Shown here: positions 1-29,080 of the stretch, one piece after another
How the letters are laid out: the number at the start of each line of letters is the position of its first letter
Position numbering within the stretch: the stretch's first letter is position 1
Origin: the human T2T-CHM13v2.0 reference genome, Homo sapiens
Direction: 5' to 3' (one strand)
DNA: 64,000 nucleotides
Assembly: GCF_009914755.1 (NCBI RefSeq)
Contig: NC_060943.1
Translations under genes and position numbers: made by a program
The notes under the pieces: generated by a model
The model's database searches: none
What the model saw: the letters and a program-made list of their open reading frames with translations, nothing else
Told to the model about the DNA's origin: nothing

Positions 1-435
<435 letters not shown>

Positions 436-515
436 TCAGGGAAACAGGCTCCCAGGTCGCATCCTCAGCTTGTTCTTGGCGCTGGAAAAAAGATGCTACG
501 CGGTTCCCTCCTTCA

Positions 516-531
516 GCCACCAGAGGGCGCG
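516..531 (+). promoter_or_regulatory. CTCF motif, forward
   Basis: GCCACCAGAGGGCGCG matches the core consensus CCACCAGRGGGCGC and lies in a locally CpG-retaining non-repeat patch. Confidence 0.75.
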
Positions 532-785
532 CCCTCCCCGTTTGTCCTCTTTCGCGCACTTTTTCTCCCGCACCTGTCAGTCACAGGGCAGCCCTTTAGC
601 GGAACAGGGATCCTGTTCTGTGATTTTCCTGAGGGCCTGCCTCTCCCAGGGAGTAGCGGGCTCCTACGAACAGTAATAGCAACCATAATGTAGAGACCAA
701 GAGCAGAGTTACTGAGTTTTATGCTGATGTCCAAAGTCACAGGGCATTTCATTTTTCTTCTTTTTTCCTTTCCTTTAAAAAAATG

Positions 786-1417
<632 letters not shown>

Positions 1418-2310
1418 GGAATATTACTGGGTTAAGAAATAAAAGTAAAAAAGAACTACTATTGATACATGCAATAATCTGGATAAATCTCAAGGGCATT
1501 ATGCTAAGTGAAAAAAAGTCAATCTCAAAAGATTTCATACTGTACAATTCCAATTATATAACTTTTTTTTTTAGACGGAGTCTTGCTGTGTCACCCAGGC
1601 TGGAGTGCAGTGGTACAATCTTGGCTCACTCTCACTGCAACCTCTGCCTCCCAGATTCAAGCAATTCTCCTTGCCTCAGCCTCCCAAGTAGCTGGGATTA
1701 CAGGAGTGCACTACCACGCCTGGCTAATTTTTGTATTTTTAGTAGAGATGGGGTTTCACCATGTTGGCCAACCTGGTCTTGAACTCCTGACCTCAGGTGA
1801 TCCACCCGCCTTGGCCTCCCAAAGTGCTGTGATTACACGTATGAGCCACAGCGCCCAGCCTATATAACATTCTTACAATGAGAACACAACAGAGATGGAG
1901 AACAGATTGGTATTTGCAAAGGGACAGATACAGTGTGTTTGTGTATGTGCATGTATATGTGTGTGTGCCTGCCACTATAGTGGTAACACAAGGGGATTCC
2001 TTTGTGGGTCTCTATCTTGATTGTGGTGGTAGGTATACAAATATTTATATGGATCAGATTGCATAGAAACACACATGCACATGCGTGCACACACACACAG
2101 GAATGCATGTGAAACTGGTGAATACTGAATAAGGTCCTCTGTAATCTAGTTAACAGTAATGTACCCATGTCACTTTCCTGGTTTTGATATTATACTATGG
2201 TTATGTAAGATGTTCCCACTGTGGGAATACTGGATGAATGTTACGTGGGACTGTATGTACCATGCAATTTCCTGTGAGTCTGTAAGAGTTCAACACAAAA
2301 AGTAATTACA
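1418..2310 (+). mobile_element. Old L1M 3' end, interrupted by an Alu
   Basis: gaactactattgatacatgcaataatctggataaatctc and related L1M 3'UTR motifs. Confidence 0.7.
1563..1860 (-). mobile_element. Alu
   Basis: Reverse-complement Alu with poly-T. Confidence 0.95.
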
Positions 2311-2346
2311 AAAGAAGAAAAGAAAAGGTGCTGGTGATGACAAGGT

Positions 2347-2922
2347 TGTTGGGAAAAGGGCTTGTGCGGTGCCTGCATAAACTGGCCGTAAAAAATATGG
2401 GACAATAAGTTGTGGAAAGCCACAGGAGGCCTCTGATGAGGAAAGCCTTCTAATTGCCATCACGTTCCCATGGCCAGAGCGTGACCTGCTCTCTTATTTA
2501 CAAGCACTGTGCTCAAGGAGAAAGACACTCCTTTGAAGCATTGGAATGTGGCCAGATATGCCGGCTCCTAGTTACGCCCACTCCCCACAGCTGCTCTCCA
2601 GTGAGTTAAAGAATAAATCAGTAGTTAAGTTTATGCTGCTTCAGCACAAAGACAATTTACCTAAACCGCCATTGCTATAGATTAGGTGTATGACACACCG
2701 CCCCCCTTTCACCATTTCACCCCTGAATATCTGCTTCTCAGATCTAAGTGATTGTACTCAGTAGTGTGGAGACCAGAGTTTGGCACCTTTTGCAGCCTCC
2801 AAAAGTGCAGTTGGCCCCCTGGCACCCCACCCTTTATGCACTCTTAACCTGTCTCTTCTCATTCCTTCGTCGCCACCGGACTTTGGGTACCCTACGGGTG
2901 GTGTTGAGGCTGGTCCCCAACA
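2347..2922 (+). mobile_element. ERVK-class solo LTR (LTR14-like)
   Basis: Termini TGTTGGG...CCCAACA; perfect 6-bp TSD CAAGGT at 2341-2346 and 2923-2928. Confidence 0.85.
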
Positions 2923-3019
2923 CAAGGTGACAGCAGCCATCCCACTCCATTAGCAACTGTGGTGATAAGCACTGGTTTAAAATGGGCTGAATTGAAAACT
3001 GTTACTCTTGCCTTAGTCC

Positions 3020-3204
3020 AGGGATTGGCAAACTTTTTCTATAAGCCCCAGGTAGTAAATATTTTAGGCTTTATGGACCACATATAATCTCTGTTGCATA
3101 TTCGTTTCTCTCTCTGTGTGTCTGTGTGTCTATGTGTGCTTTAAAATGTTTTATAAATGTAAAAACCATTATTAACTCATTGGCTGTTTAAAATAGGCCA
3201 CATA

Positions 3205-3250
<46 letters not shown>

Positions 3251-3295
3251 ACATAGGTGAGATTTGGTCTGTGGGTTATAGTTTACCAACCCCTG
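3020..3295. mobile_element. MER58-type hAT MITE containing (TG)n at about 3208-3249
   Basis: TIRs cagggattggcaaact / agtttaccaacccctg. Confidence 0.75.
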
Positions 3296-3520
3296 CTTTA
3301 TACAATATTTCTAAAGGCTGGACATGTTACGTCTTCTGACTCTGGAGTTGTTGACAATGTCTTAGCCACCTGTTCTGCCACTTGGAAGACTATAGACCAG
3401 CAGACTAAAGATATCTCTTTATAAGGCTGTGAACTCTGGAAATTCAATCACAGCTGCTAATGGAAACTTCTAAGTCCACTAGCAGCTGTGATTCATTATT
3501 CATGTAGATGCTCATAGTAA

Positions 3521-5917
<2,397 letters not shown>

Positions 5918-6065
5918 GAAATATGTTTTTCTGACATGGCTGGTCCTGAACCACTCTGTTCTGCCTTATACCATCAATAGCACCTTCCAAACGTGGATCT
6001 TCCTCATATGTGCACAAACACATAGACTGATAGACATCTTGCTTTAATCGGACATAGAAATTTAT

Positions 6066-6191
6066 GGCTGGGCACAGTGGCTCACACCTGTAATCCCAGC
6101 ACTTTGGGAAGCTGATGTGGGTGGATCACTTGAGCCCGGGAGCTCAAGAACAGCCTGGGCAACATGGTAAAGCCATGCATCTACTTTACAA

Positions 6192-6239
<48 letters not shown>

Positions 6240-6391
6240 ATATGGTAGTGCATGCCTGTAGTCCCAGCTACTTGGGAGGCTGAGGTGGGAGAATTGCTTG
6301 GGCCCAGGAGGTGTGTTGAGATGAGCCAGCATCGCATCACTGCATTCTAGCCTGGGTGATAGAGCAAGACCCTGTCTCAAAAAAAAAAAAA
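6066..6391 (+). mobile_element. Alu (AluJ-like) with central (TA)n expansion
   Basis: Alu arms flank (TA)n at about 6200-6243. Confidence 0.9.
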
Positions 6392-6692
6392 GCTGGACAT
6401 GTTGTATTTTAGGTTATGAGACTCTGGAAATAATTTAAATCTTGTTTTAGTTGGCTCTGTTTGACACCACTATAGCAGGGGAAGGAAGTTGGGGTGCTGT
6501 CTCCACTGCCAGGTCAGGGTAGAAGTCCGGGTTCTTGACAGCCTTCATTGATACCTGGTGGGGAGAGGGTGAAGAGTGCCTTGATACTGATGGGTTTTGA
6601 AATTCAGGTTCCCCTTGTCGTCCCCACTGATACTGTGACTCTATTCTTGGCACTCTCTAACCTTAACCTGGTGGGATAATTAGGATTCCTTA

Positions 6693-8678
<1,986 letters not shown>

Positions 8679-8679
8679 A

Positions 8680-9047
<368 letters not shown>

Positions 9048-9133
9048 TTAGTTTCAATAAACTAAAATTTGTTCTTAGTTTTGTAGCTTAAAAAAAAACT
9101 ACAAATAAGCCAGTGCAATTTCCACAACCATGT

Positions 9134-9343
9134 TGTCTTGTACATTTTCTGATGCTATAACAGAAGTGGATTGGATAATTTAAAAAGAACAGAGATTTAT
9201 TTCTTATGGTTCTGGAGGCTGGGAAGTCCAAGGTCCAGGGGTCCACATCTGGCAAGGGCCTTCTTGCTGTGTCACCCCATGGCAGAATGCAAAAGACAAG
9301 AGAGCCCATGCACACAAGAGGGGAAAGGGGTCTGAACTCATCC
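9134..9343 (-). mobile_element. MLT1A-type MaLR LTR, truncated by L1
   Basis: gatttatttcttatggttctggaggctgggaagtccaagg motif. Confidence 0.75.
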
Positions 9344-11301
<1,958 letters not shown>

Positions 11302-11354
11302 TTACCAAGTATTAGATTCTAGAGTGATCTGTGACTCTGCTACCCCAGAACAGT

Positions 11355-12425
<1,071 letters not shown>

Positions 12426-12493
12426 GGGTTAGGCTTCAGAGCAGCGGACGAGGGAGCAGCAGTGGAAATGGGTCAGTGACTTTACATAGGGGC

Positions 12494-12500
12494 TTATATA
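12494..12500 (-). promoter_or_regulatory. TATA box of the proximal IGFL4 promoter
   Basis: Minus-strand TATATAA about 70 nt upstream of the ATG. Confidence 0.7.
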
Positions 12501-13299
12501 GGATATGAACTTACCGCCATTTAGGGAGGTGTGCAGAAGGAGTGGTTTCTTGGGAAGAGTTAGGCAAAAAGAGCTGCAGGGAACATAAATAATTCATCAA
12601 AAGCTTAATGAGATGCTTCTGGACCTGTTCCAAGTGGTTGCTGCCTCCTCAGACCCTTCAGATCCTCAGGGTAAAGGCTACCCAGGAACCTATCTAAGCT
12701 TTGACTCTGCTGAGTGTCTTTCTTTGAACACCGCCCAAGGGAAAACCACTTGGAAGATATTCCTTAACTCTTGCTTATCTAAGATCAAATTACTCACCAA
12801 ACACCGGCTGTCTCTAGGCTCCCCATATTCCTCCACCCTGAAGTTTCAAGGAGTCCCTCTACTCCCCGTCTCAGTTCACCTGCAGACCTGCACTGTCTAT
12901 AATTTTTCAGAGTCACGTAGGAGAATTTGTGAAGTTGCAGCATAATCTAGAAGAACAGCAGGGGCTGCAAAACTGTGCCAGGGAGAACAACAACAACAAA
13001 AATAGGCGGTGGTAGGATGGATCTCTGGGATTCCAGATAGGAAAGCAGCACCTTTTTTTTTTTTTTGGTTTGTGGAGTGCCTTGTCCAAGAAAATGCTCC
13101 TGTGTGTCTCACTGTGTGATGGGATTACATGTGGCGTATTTTTAGAGCATGCCCCTCCATTTTCCACTGGTTTCTTCCCTGTGTCACAGTGAGAAGGGTG
13201 GGAGGGTGAAAGAAGGATAAGGCACAGGTATTAGAGCTTTGTAAAAGTGCATTGTTAGTATAGACTCTCTAGAGTCTCTTCCTCCTCCCTCCTCTCTCT

Positions 13300-13607
13300 C
13301 TTTTTTTTTTTTTTTTTTTGAGACACCGTATCTCTCTGTCTCCCAGGCTGGAGGGCAGTGGTGCTATCTTTGCTCACTGTAACCTTTGCCCCCCAAGTTG
13401 AAGCCATCCTCCCACCTCAGCCTCTTGAGTAGCTGGGACTACAGGCAGGCACCTCCTGGCCTGGCTAATTTTTTTGTATTTTTCATAGAGTTAGGGTCCT
13501 ACAATGTTCTGGTCTTGGAATCCTGAGCTCAAGCAATCCACCTGCCCCAGCCTCCCAAAGTGCATTGATTTTGTTGTTGTTGTGCTTATTTGCACTCCAG
13601 CCTGGCC
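13300..13607 (-). mobile_element. Alu (AluJ-like) with templated replacement near its 5' end
   Basis: Reverse Alu; 13564-13600 replaces the expected tgggattacaggcgtgagccacc segment. Confidence 0.9.
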
Positions 13608-14029
13608 TCTCCTTTCTTGACTGGATGTCCAAGTCTTCGGTATTGATTTCATGCAATAAACTAGCTCTCCTCGCCTATTTCTGCAGTTGCGTATTTGCAT
13701 AGATATGTCTGTTTGTCTGCTTATCAATATGCCTTCTCCTTTCCCACACATCCAAACAGAAATCCCACCTGTAAAGACACATTCTCTCACCTACACAGAA
13801 CAGCTGCTGCGGAAACAGACCTATAAGAACTACATTCCTGTTTATCAAGTTAAGTAGTGTGAATACCGCATTATAACTCCGAGCCAGCAACCAAGAAATT
13901 TATGACCACTTGAAAGGGAAAGCTGCAATGAAGAGTACAAGTGACTAAGGAGGGAAATCCCAAAGCTGATTACTAGAATTGATCTCTGTATAATTGAACT
14001 ATCTATGTAGAAAATCCCACGGAACCCAC

Positions 14030-14510
14030 TGTCAAGCAAGAGGTGAGTCTGACAGATTCTGTTAGTGACAAAAACAAGCTCTTTTTAGATTCAGACACTT
14101 TATTACTTACACAGACAGGGAAAGAAAGAGCCACAGGTGCCAGCACCATGTCCCTTATACAGGGTGACACTGAAACAAAAGGGCCAGATGACTGAACAAG
14201 AATAATAGGATGCCTGTTGCTGAGTAGAGAATCCAGCCTGTGGCTCCATGGTATAGGGAGGTAGAAAGCCTCATCCCTCCCTAGAAGCCAGAGGCAGTGA
14301 GAAGCTGTGTCATGGCGGCCTCCCTTATCCATAGGGAAGTGAGTGACAAGTGATGCTGTAGCAGCTTCCCACAAGCCTCCCATGACCTCACGTTCTGGGA
14401 AGACCAGAGAGTGTTCTGCCATGACATACATCAGCTACAGTTAATTTCACCAACGTGGCCCACGTGGAGATGTTTGAGGTCGCCGGGGCAGTAGGGCAGA
14501 GCCATTACCG
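14030..14510. mobile_element. LTR-like insertion (family uncertain) interrupting an L1M
   Basis: L1 ORF2-like sequence stops at about 14029 and resumes at about 14511. Confidence 0.4.
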
Positions 14511-15370
14511 TAAACCTACCCCCAAAGCTCCGGGAACTAATAAGTAAATTTAGATGGTTGTAGAATACAAAGTCAACACACAAAAATCAATTGTATTTCT
14601 CGCTCCTGGAATAAGTGGAAACAAAAATTTAGAGGGGAACAATGCCATTTATAATGCCCCCCTACTGAAATTGAATACTTAGGTATACTGTAAATCTAGG
14701 AGAACATGTAGAGGATATATATGCTTAAAACTATAAACTAGTGATTAAAGTAATCAAGGAAAACCTAAATATAGAGTGGTATATCATGTCATAGTTTAGA
14801 ATATGGGGCTTTTTAGCTAAGATGTCAATTCTCTCCAAATTGTCTACAGATTTAACACAATTCCAATGAAAACCCAAGCAGGATTTGTCTCAGATAGAAG
14901 CAAAATAATTCTAGAATTTATCTGGAAAGGCAGTGGAAACAAGAATGGCCCAAACAATTTTGGTTGATGAAAAATGTTGGAGGACTCACACTACCCAATT
15001 TCACAATTACTCCAGCTACACTAATGAAGACAGTATAGTATTGGCAAGTGGAGAGATACATAGATCAATGGAGCAGAACAGATTTCAGAAATAAACCCAA
15101 ACAAACATGGCAAATTGACTTTTGACAAAGATGCAAAAGCAATTCAATGTGGGAAAAGATAGTCATTTCAACAAATGGTGTGGGACAATGGGCATGCATA
15201 TGAAAAAAAAAATCTTCTACCAAAGCTTACACTTCCTACAAAATTTAACTCCAAAATGATCTAGATATAAAAAGTTAAACTATACATTTTCTAGAAGAAA
15301 ACATAAAAAAAATCCTTATGACTTAGGGAAAAGATACAAAAAACATTGTCCATTTAAAAAATGGATAGAT
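14511..15370 (+). mobile_element. Old L1M ORF2 fragment
   Basis: Degenerate ORF2 motifs (caaaaatcaattgtatttct; gatcaatggagcagaac; tcaacaaatggtg). Confidence 0.8.
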
Positions 15371-15371
15371 C

Positions 15372-20535
<5,164 letters not shown>

Positions 20536-21285
20536 TGATCAATGCCTCCTGGTCTCTGATGGCCATGGCTGGGAATCTCTCTGTACAAAAAGATGACAGA
20601 TAGGAGGCAGGACTAACTTGCAGCTCCCACTTGGAGGGACAGAGAAGCATGTGGAGACCCACATCATGAAATTTTTCTCCAAGAACAACCACAGGAACAT
20701 ACCAGGAAAGCTGAGAGAATCCAGAGACCCTTTAAAGGAGGTGGATTGCTGCTGCAGATTATGTGGGACAATCAAGAAACTGTGAGTTTGCTTGCTTTCT
20801 CAGCTGGGAGGCTTGTAGCCTGGGGCAAGTTCTCAGTCCTGCTCACTGGCTGCCTGGAAATAAACTTGGTGCTGTTAGGGGGGCATAGTGGGAGTGAGAC
20901 TGGCCTTTTGGGTTGTGGGCTGCATGGGAGCTGGGTGAGGTCTGTGATTGCTGGTTTTCCCTCACTTCCCTGGTGACCTATGTGATGCAGCAGAGATAGC
21001 CATAATTCCCCTGGGAACATAACTCCATTGTCCTGGGAACCACACCCCCATCCCCTATAGCAGCCACAGCAAGTCCCCGCCAAGGAGATTCTGAGCTCAG
21101 ACATGCCTAATGCTGCCCCCACCTGATTTTCTCTATCGGCCCTGGGAGCAGAAGACAAAGGACACAGTCTCTTGGGAGCTCTATAGCCCTGCCCATCACC
21201 TGAGAAACCTGAATACTCATTCAAAGGTGACCCTAGGGCAAGTTTGTATCCTCCCCACACAACCACAGCTGACGCGCTCTTAAAA

Positions 21286-21300
21286 GCGCCACCTCCTGGC
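21286..21300 (-). promoter_or_regulatory. CTCF motif (reverse) within L1 5'UTR
   Basis: GCGCCACCTCCTGGC, read as CCAGGAGGTGGCGC on the minus strand. Confidence 0.45.
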
Positions 21301-22651
21301 TGGAGGCCAACCAACACAAACCAGTGCACTTAACACACATACAGCCAAGGACCCTCACAGAGTCCACTTCACTCCCCTGCTACCTCCACCAGGGTAGGTG
21401 CTGGTATCCACGGTTGAGAGACCTAAAGACGGATCACATCATGGGACTCTTCGCAGACACTCCCCAGTACCAGCCTGGAGTCCTGTAGCTCCACTGAGTG
21501 GCTGGATCCAGAAGAGAAATAACAATCACTGCAGTTCAGCTCTCAGGAAGCCCCATCCCTAGGGGAAAGGGGAGAGGACCACATCAAGGAAGCACCCCTC
21601 TGGGACAAAAGAATCTGAACATCAGCCCTTCAGCCTCAGATCTTCCCTCTGACATAGTCTGCCCAAACGAGAAAGGAACAGAAAAATAATTTTGGTAAAT
21701 ATGATAAAACAAACCTCTTTAACACCCCCGAAAGATCACACTAGCTCACCAGCAATGGATCCAAACCAAGATGAAATCTCTGAATTGCCAGAAAAAGAAT
21801 TCAGAAGATCGATTATGAAGCCAACCAAGGAGGCACCAGAGAAAGGTGAAGTCCAACTTAAAGAAATAAAAAAAGATACAGGATATGAATGGAAAAATCT
21901 CCAGTGAAATAGATATCATAAATAAAAAACAATCACAGCTTCTTGAAATCCAGGACAAACTTAGAGAAATGCAAAATGCACTGGAAAGTCTCAGCGATAG
22001 AATCAAACAAGTAGAAGAAAGAACCTCAGAGCTTGAAGACAAGGCTTTCAAACTAACCCAATCCAACAGAGACAAAGAAAAAAGAATTTTAAAAAATGAA
22101 CAAAGTCTCCTAGAAGTTTGGGATTATATTAAACGTCCCAACCTAAGAATAGTTGGTGGTCCGGAGGAAGAAGAGAAATCTAAAAGTTTTGAAAACATAT
22201 TTGAGGGAATAATTGAGAAAAACTTCCCTGGCCTTGCTAGAGATTTAGACGTTCAAATACAAGAAGCTCAACGGACACCTGGGAAACTCATCACAAAAAG
22301 ATCATCACCCAGGCACATAGTCACCAGGTTATCTAAAGAAAAGATGAAGGAAAGAATCTTAAGTCCTGTGAGGCAAAAGCATCAGGTAAACTATAAAGGA
22401 AAACCTGTCAGATTAATAGCAGATTTCTCAGCAGAAACCCTACAAATTAGAAGGGATTGAGGTCCTATCTTTAGTCTCCTTAAACAACGCAATTATCAGC
22501 CAAGAATTTTTCATTCAGTGAAGCTAAGCCTCACAAATGAAGGAAAGATACAGTCTTTTTCAGGCAAACAAATGCTGAGAAAATTCACTACTACCAAGCC
22601 AGCACTACAAGAACTGCTAAAAGGAGGTCTAAATCTTGAAACAAATCCTCA

Positions 22652-23107
<456 letters not shown>

Positions 23108-23966
23108 TCAGTGGCCTAAATGCTCCACTTAAAAGACACAGAATGGCAGAATGCATAAGAGCTCACCAACCAAGTGCGTGGCTGTCTTCAAGTGACTCAC
23201 CTGACACACAAGGACTCACATAAACTTAAGGTAAATGGGTGGAAAAAGATATCCCATGCAAATGGACACCAAAAGGGAGCAGGAGTAGCTATTCTTATAT
23301 TAGACAAAACAAACTTCAAAGCCACAGCAGTTAAAAAAGACAAAAAGGGATATTATATAATGATAAAAGAACTAGTCTAACAAAAAAATCACAGTTCTAA
23401 ATATACATGCACCTAACACTGGAGCTCCCAAATTTATAAAACAATTAGTACTAGATGTAAATACTGAGATAGACAGCAACACAATAATAGTGCAGGACTT
23501 CAATAATCCATTGATAGCACTAGACAGGTCATCAAGGCAGAAGGTCAACAAAGAAACAATGGACTTAAGCTATACCCTAGAACAAATGGATTTAACAGAT
23601 ATTTACACAACATTCTATGCAACGACTGCAGGGTATACATTCTATTCAGCACAGGGAACGTTCAGAATTAGCTTAGACCATAAGATAGGCCACAAAACAG
23701 GTATAATAGATCTCAATAAATTTAAAAAAATCAAAATTATATCAAATACTCTCTCAGACCACAGTGGAATAAAATTGGAAATCAACTCCAAAAGGAACCT
23801 TCAAAACCATGCAAATACATGGAAATTAAATAACCTGCTCCTGAGTGATCATTGGGACAACAATTAAAGATAGAAATTGAAAAATTCTTTGACCTGAATG
23901 ATAATTGTGACACAACCTGTCAAAACCTCTGGGATACAACAAAAGCAGTGTAGCATTAAATACCTA

Positions 23967-24224
<258 letters not shown>

Positions 24225-24663
24225 TCAATTGCTTTGCAGACATGAAAACTATTAACACATACTTAAAATGTACATTACATGTTTTATTCCCTAGAATTCT
24301 ACAGGTATTTATATGTTATCTCGTTTTTTTTTTTTTTTTTGGAAATGCTTGCTACTCTGTATCAGCAAACATCCCAGGGCTCGAAGTAGTGGGAATTGAA
24401 AAGCTTTGGGAGAAGTCAGAAAAGAAAAAAAAAAAAAAAAGCAGGAGGAACCCTCGGTGGAAAGTATGCATAGACAGTAAACATGCCAACGGAGGCCCAT
24501 CTGTTTCTGTACCCTTTATGCAACATGTCTGTATAATTGGGGATAGGCAAGTTGTATAATTGGGGTTGGCTAATAATAACAATTATTTGAAGTGGGGAAT
24601 ATTAGTCACTTACACTGCAATATAGCCAGGGTATCTGTGTTACTTCACTTGGTTCTGATTTAA

Positions 24664-26060
<1,397 letters not shown>

Positions 26061-26734
26061 CTTTCATATCTCTACTTTCTCAATAATACCTCAAAAGCCA
26101 TTTTTTTTCATATGATGCCCACACCAAAGAATAAACAAAGACATAAATACCTCAAGGACCTAATACCTAAAAAATTGAGCCTCTGTAATCTCAAAGAGAA
26201 AGTAAGAACCTGAGGGTTCCAAGGGAAGATGAATGTGAGGAAAACAGTGAGTAGCCTAGAGATAAAGGAATAGAAGATCTATAGTCTTCAAAGTTGGAAG
26301 ATAAAGGAAGATGGCCTTCTGTCTTCAAGAACAAAATTTGAAATGGAGGGAATCAGCCCTGGAGCTATTGCTGATGTGTTTGCCAAATCAATACATCCCT
26401 TTATCATCCTTCAGTATGGGTATTTATAGGGCCACTTGAAGAGAGCCTATAGCCAACTTGGACATCTTTGGTGTCTTGGTGACTAAGGAGGGAAACCCAG
26501 TTTCTCTCAAAAGGGAAATGAAGAGAACTGCTGTATATGTCCCCTATGAACCATGGGAGCAGTAAGTAAAACTTGGTAAAGGTCATCAAATTAGTTCTGC
26601 CAGGCTCTCACCTGTGACTGTGAAGGCACCTCATGTAAAGTAACATGCCTTCCTGGGAATGGCATTTGATAACAGCAGATTTGTTCTCAGTAATATGTTT
26701 TGTTTTCATTTCATTTCTTTTCTGTTCTTTTCCA

Positions 26735-26845
26735 GATAGGGTCTCACTGTGTTGCCCAGGCTGGCCTCTAACTTCAGGAGTTCAACAGTTTCTCCTGCTT
26801 CAGCTTCCTGGGTAGCCAGGACAGGTGTGTGCCACCAGGCTAATC
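26735..26845 (-). mobile_element. Alu monomer/FLAM fragment
   Basis: agggtctcactgtgttgcccaggctgg. Confidence 0.65.
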
Positions 26846-27225
26846 TTCAGTAACGTGTTTTCTTTGATCTATCATTGCATGTTTTGTTAGCCTCCCATGG
26901 CTGGATTGAATCTTGAATACCTCCCATGATCTTATCACACCCATCTTAACCAGAATATTTCCATTCAACATTGTGGCCACAAATTTTCCAATCTTTTGAA
27001 ATGAGGTCAAAGCTCTTCATTTGAATTTGCTTATTAGTGTTTACCTATATTGAAAAAAAACTACATCATTAATTGCATCCTTCAGTTCTGGTCCTTATAA
27101 GTGGAAAGAGAGCTTTAGAGATACTTGGAAAGATCAGAATGTAGAATCATAGATATTTACACTTTGTTCTCAATATTTTACAGCTGAATGGTAAAAATTT
27201 AATTTGACAGCAAAAAGTTTTGTGA

Positions 27226-27549
<324 letters not shown>

Positions 27550-27649
27550 TAAAGGTGGCATAAATGGTAACACCATCTTTCAACCTTGAACTTTCCAAAT
27601 GCAATCAATAGGACTTGCAGAAGTAATAGGGAATATTAACTAAACTAAG

Positions 27650-27832
27650 GCTGTGCTACACCATGTGGTTTAACTTTAGATTAATTGAAATTAAATAACA
27701 TGAAAAATTCAGTTCCTCAGCTGCACTGTTCACATCTCATGTGCTCAATTGCCATATTGTCTAGTGGTTACAACATTAGACATCTCAGATACAGAACATT
27801 CTGATCATTGCCGAAAGTTCCATTGGACAGCT
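27650..27832. mobile_element. MER3-type hAT MITE
   Basis: aaaattcagttcctcag...aaagttccattggacagc. Confidence 0.65.
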
Positions 27833-29080
27833 AATTAGAGTCCCTTATATGAAGTTCACCTCAGGAGGCTCATACTGGAATTAAGAGGCATTTCAATTAT
27901 TCTCCAATTCCATCTTGTACTGCATCAATGTGCCCCAGCAAGGATCTCCTCCACTCGCTCCCTATGTATCCAGGGATCCCCTGGAGTTTTAGTGTCTGCT
28001 GTGACATTCTGGAGATGCCTCCTGATGAATTGGAAAAATACTGACATGGGTGAGGTCTGGTGGTCAAGAATTGTTGGATGCTTGCCAGCCCATGAATACA
28101 CAATGGATACACAGAGAGACGAGGAGGAGTCAGGAATCAAAGGCAATGAAATATTTCCACTTAGGGCTGCAAGCCCGTCCAGGCAAGTCCTCCCTTTGAG
28201 CTGGAATTCTTTTTACATCTACACAGCCACAGAAGACAGAAATGGAGCCCATTACGTCATTTCTCAACTTGCTATTCCTCCAGCATATTCCTTGCATAAG
28301 ACTCCCTGTAGGATCTCACCGAAGGAGGACACAAATTCCTGAAACCTTTGACCTGACCCTCTTCTCTCCCTATACACCCCAGTCACTCACTTTTGATCAT
28401 GTGCACCCTCTTTGTCTTAGGCTTCAGAGTCCCAAAGGCTGTTATTTTCTTCCTTTCTGGACAATAAGGTAGAAAAATTTGAAAATATGTGAAGATCTCC
28501 AAGGATTTGATCCAAATGACCAAAAGTACATCTGAATATGAGAACTTTGACTTTTCTTTCAACTTATGTAGTAATAAGTACCCATTAAAAATGTTAAAGA
28601 ATCAGTCTCAACATATTAAAAACCTTGAGACTTAAATATAGAAAATAAGAAATACTTCTTCTATTATTTTCTTATGTTTTTTTCTTGTGGGGCAGGGAGG
28701 TAGTGGACCCTTAAGCTTAGGAGTCTAGAGAGGGCAAGAGAGGCTCATTTTTAGAGTAAAAATATTAACCACATTTTTCCTCAGGGCTGAGGAAAGAATA
28801 CACCAAAATATAGCTGTGGTTTATAACTGGATTTGAGTTGGCTGTGAAGGGGAATTTGAAACTTTTTGTATCCAGAAACATCAATGGATACGATTTTAGT
28901 TCCCCATAAATCAGCCGTGCTAACATTCATGTATAATAATAATTATTATTTTTTAAAGTGAAAGCAAGTTTATTAAGAAAGTGAAGGAATAAAAGAATGG
29001 CTACTCCATAGGCAGAGCAGCCCTAAGGGCTGCTGGTTGCCCATTTTTATGGTTATTTCTTGATTATAAGATAAACAAAT

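Noticed and set aside
13693-13840. Octamer ATTTGCAT plus ACTACA-like motif suggesting an snRNA-type enhancer
   Set aside because: No snRNA body or PSE was recognised nearby, and such short motifs occur by chance.
26587-26600. 14-nt match to the IGFL4 exon 2 donor (tctcacctgtgact)
   Set aside because: There is no flanking IGFL-like coding similarity, so it is likely chance.
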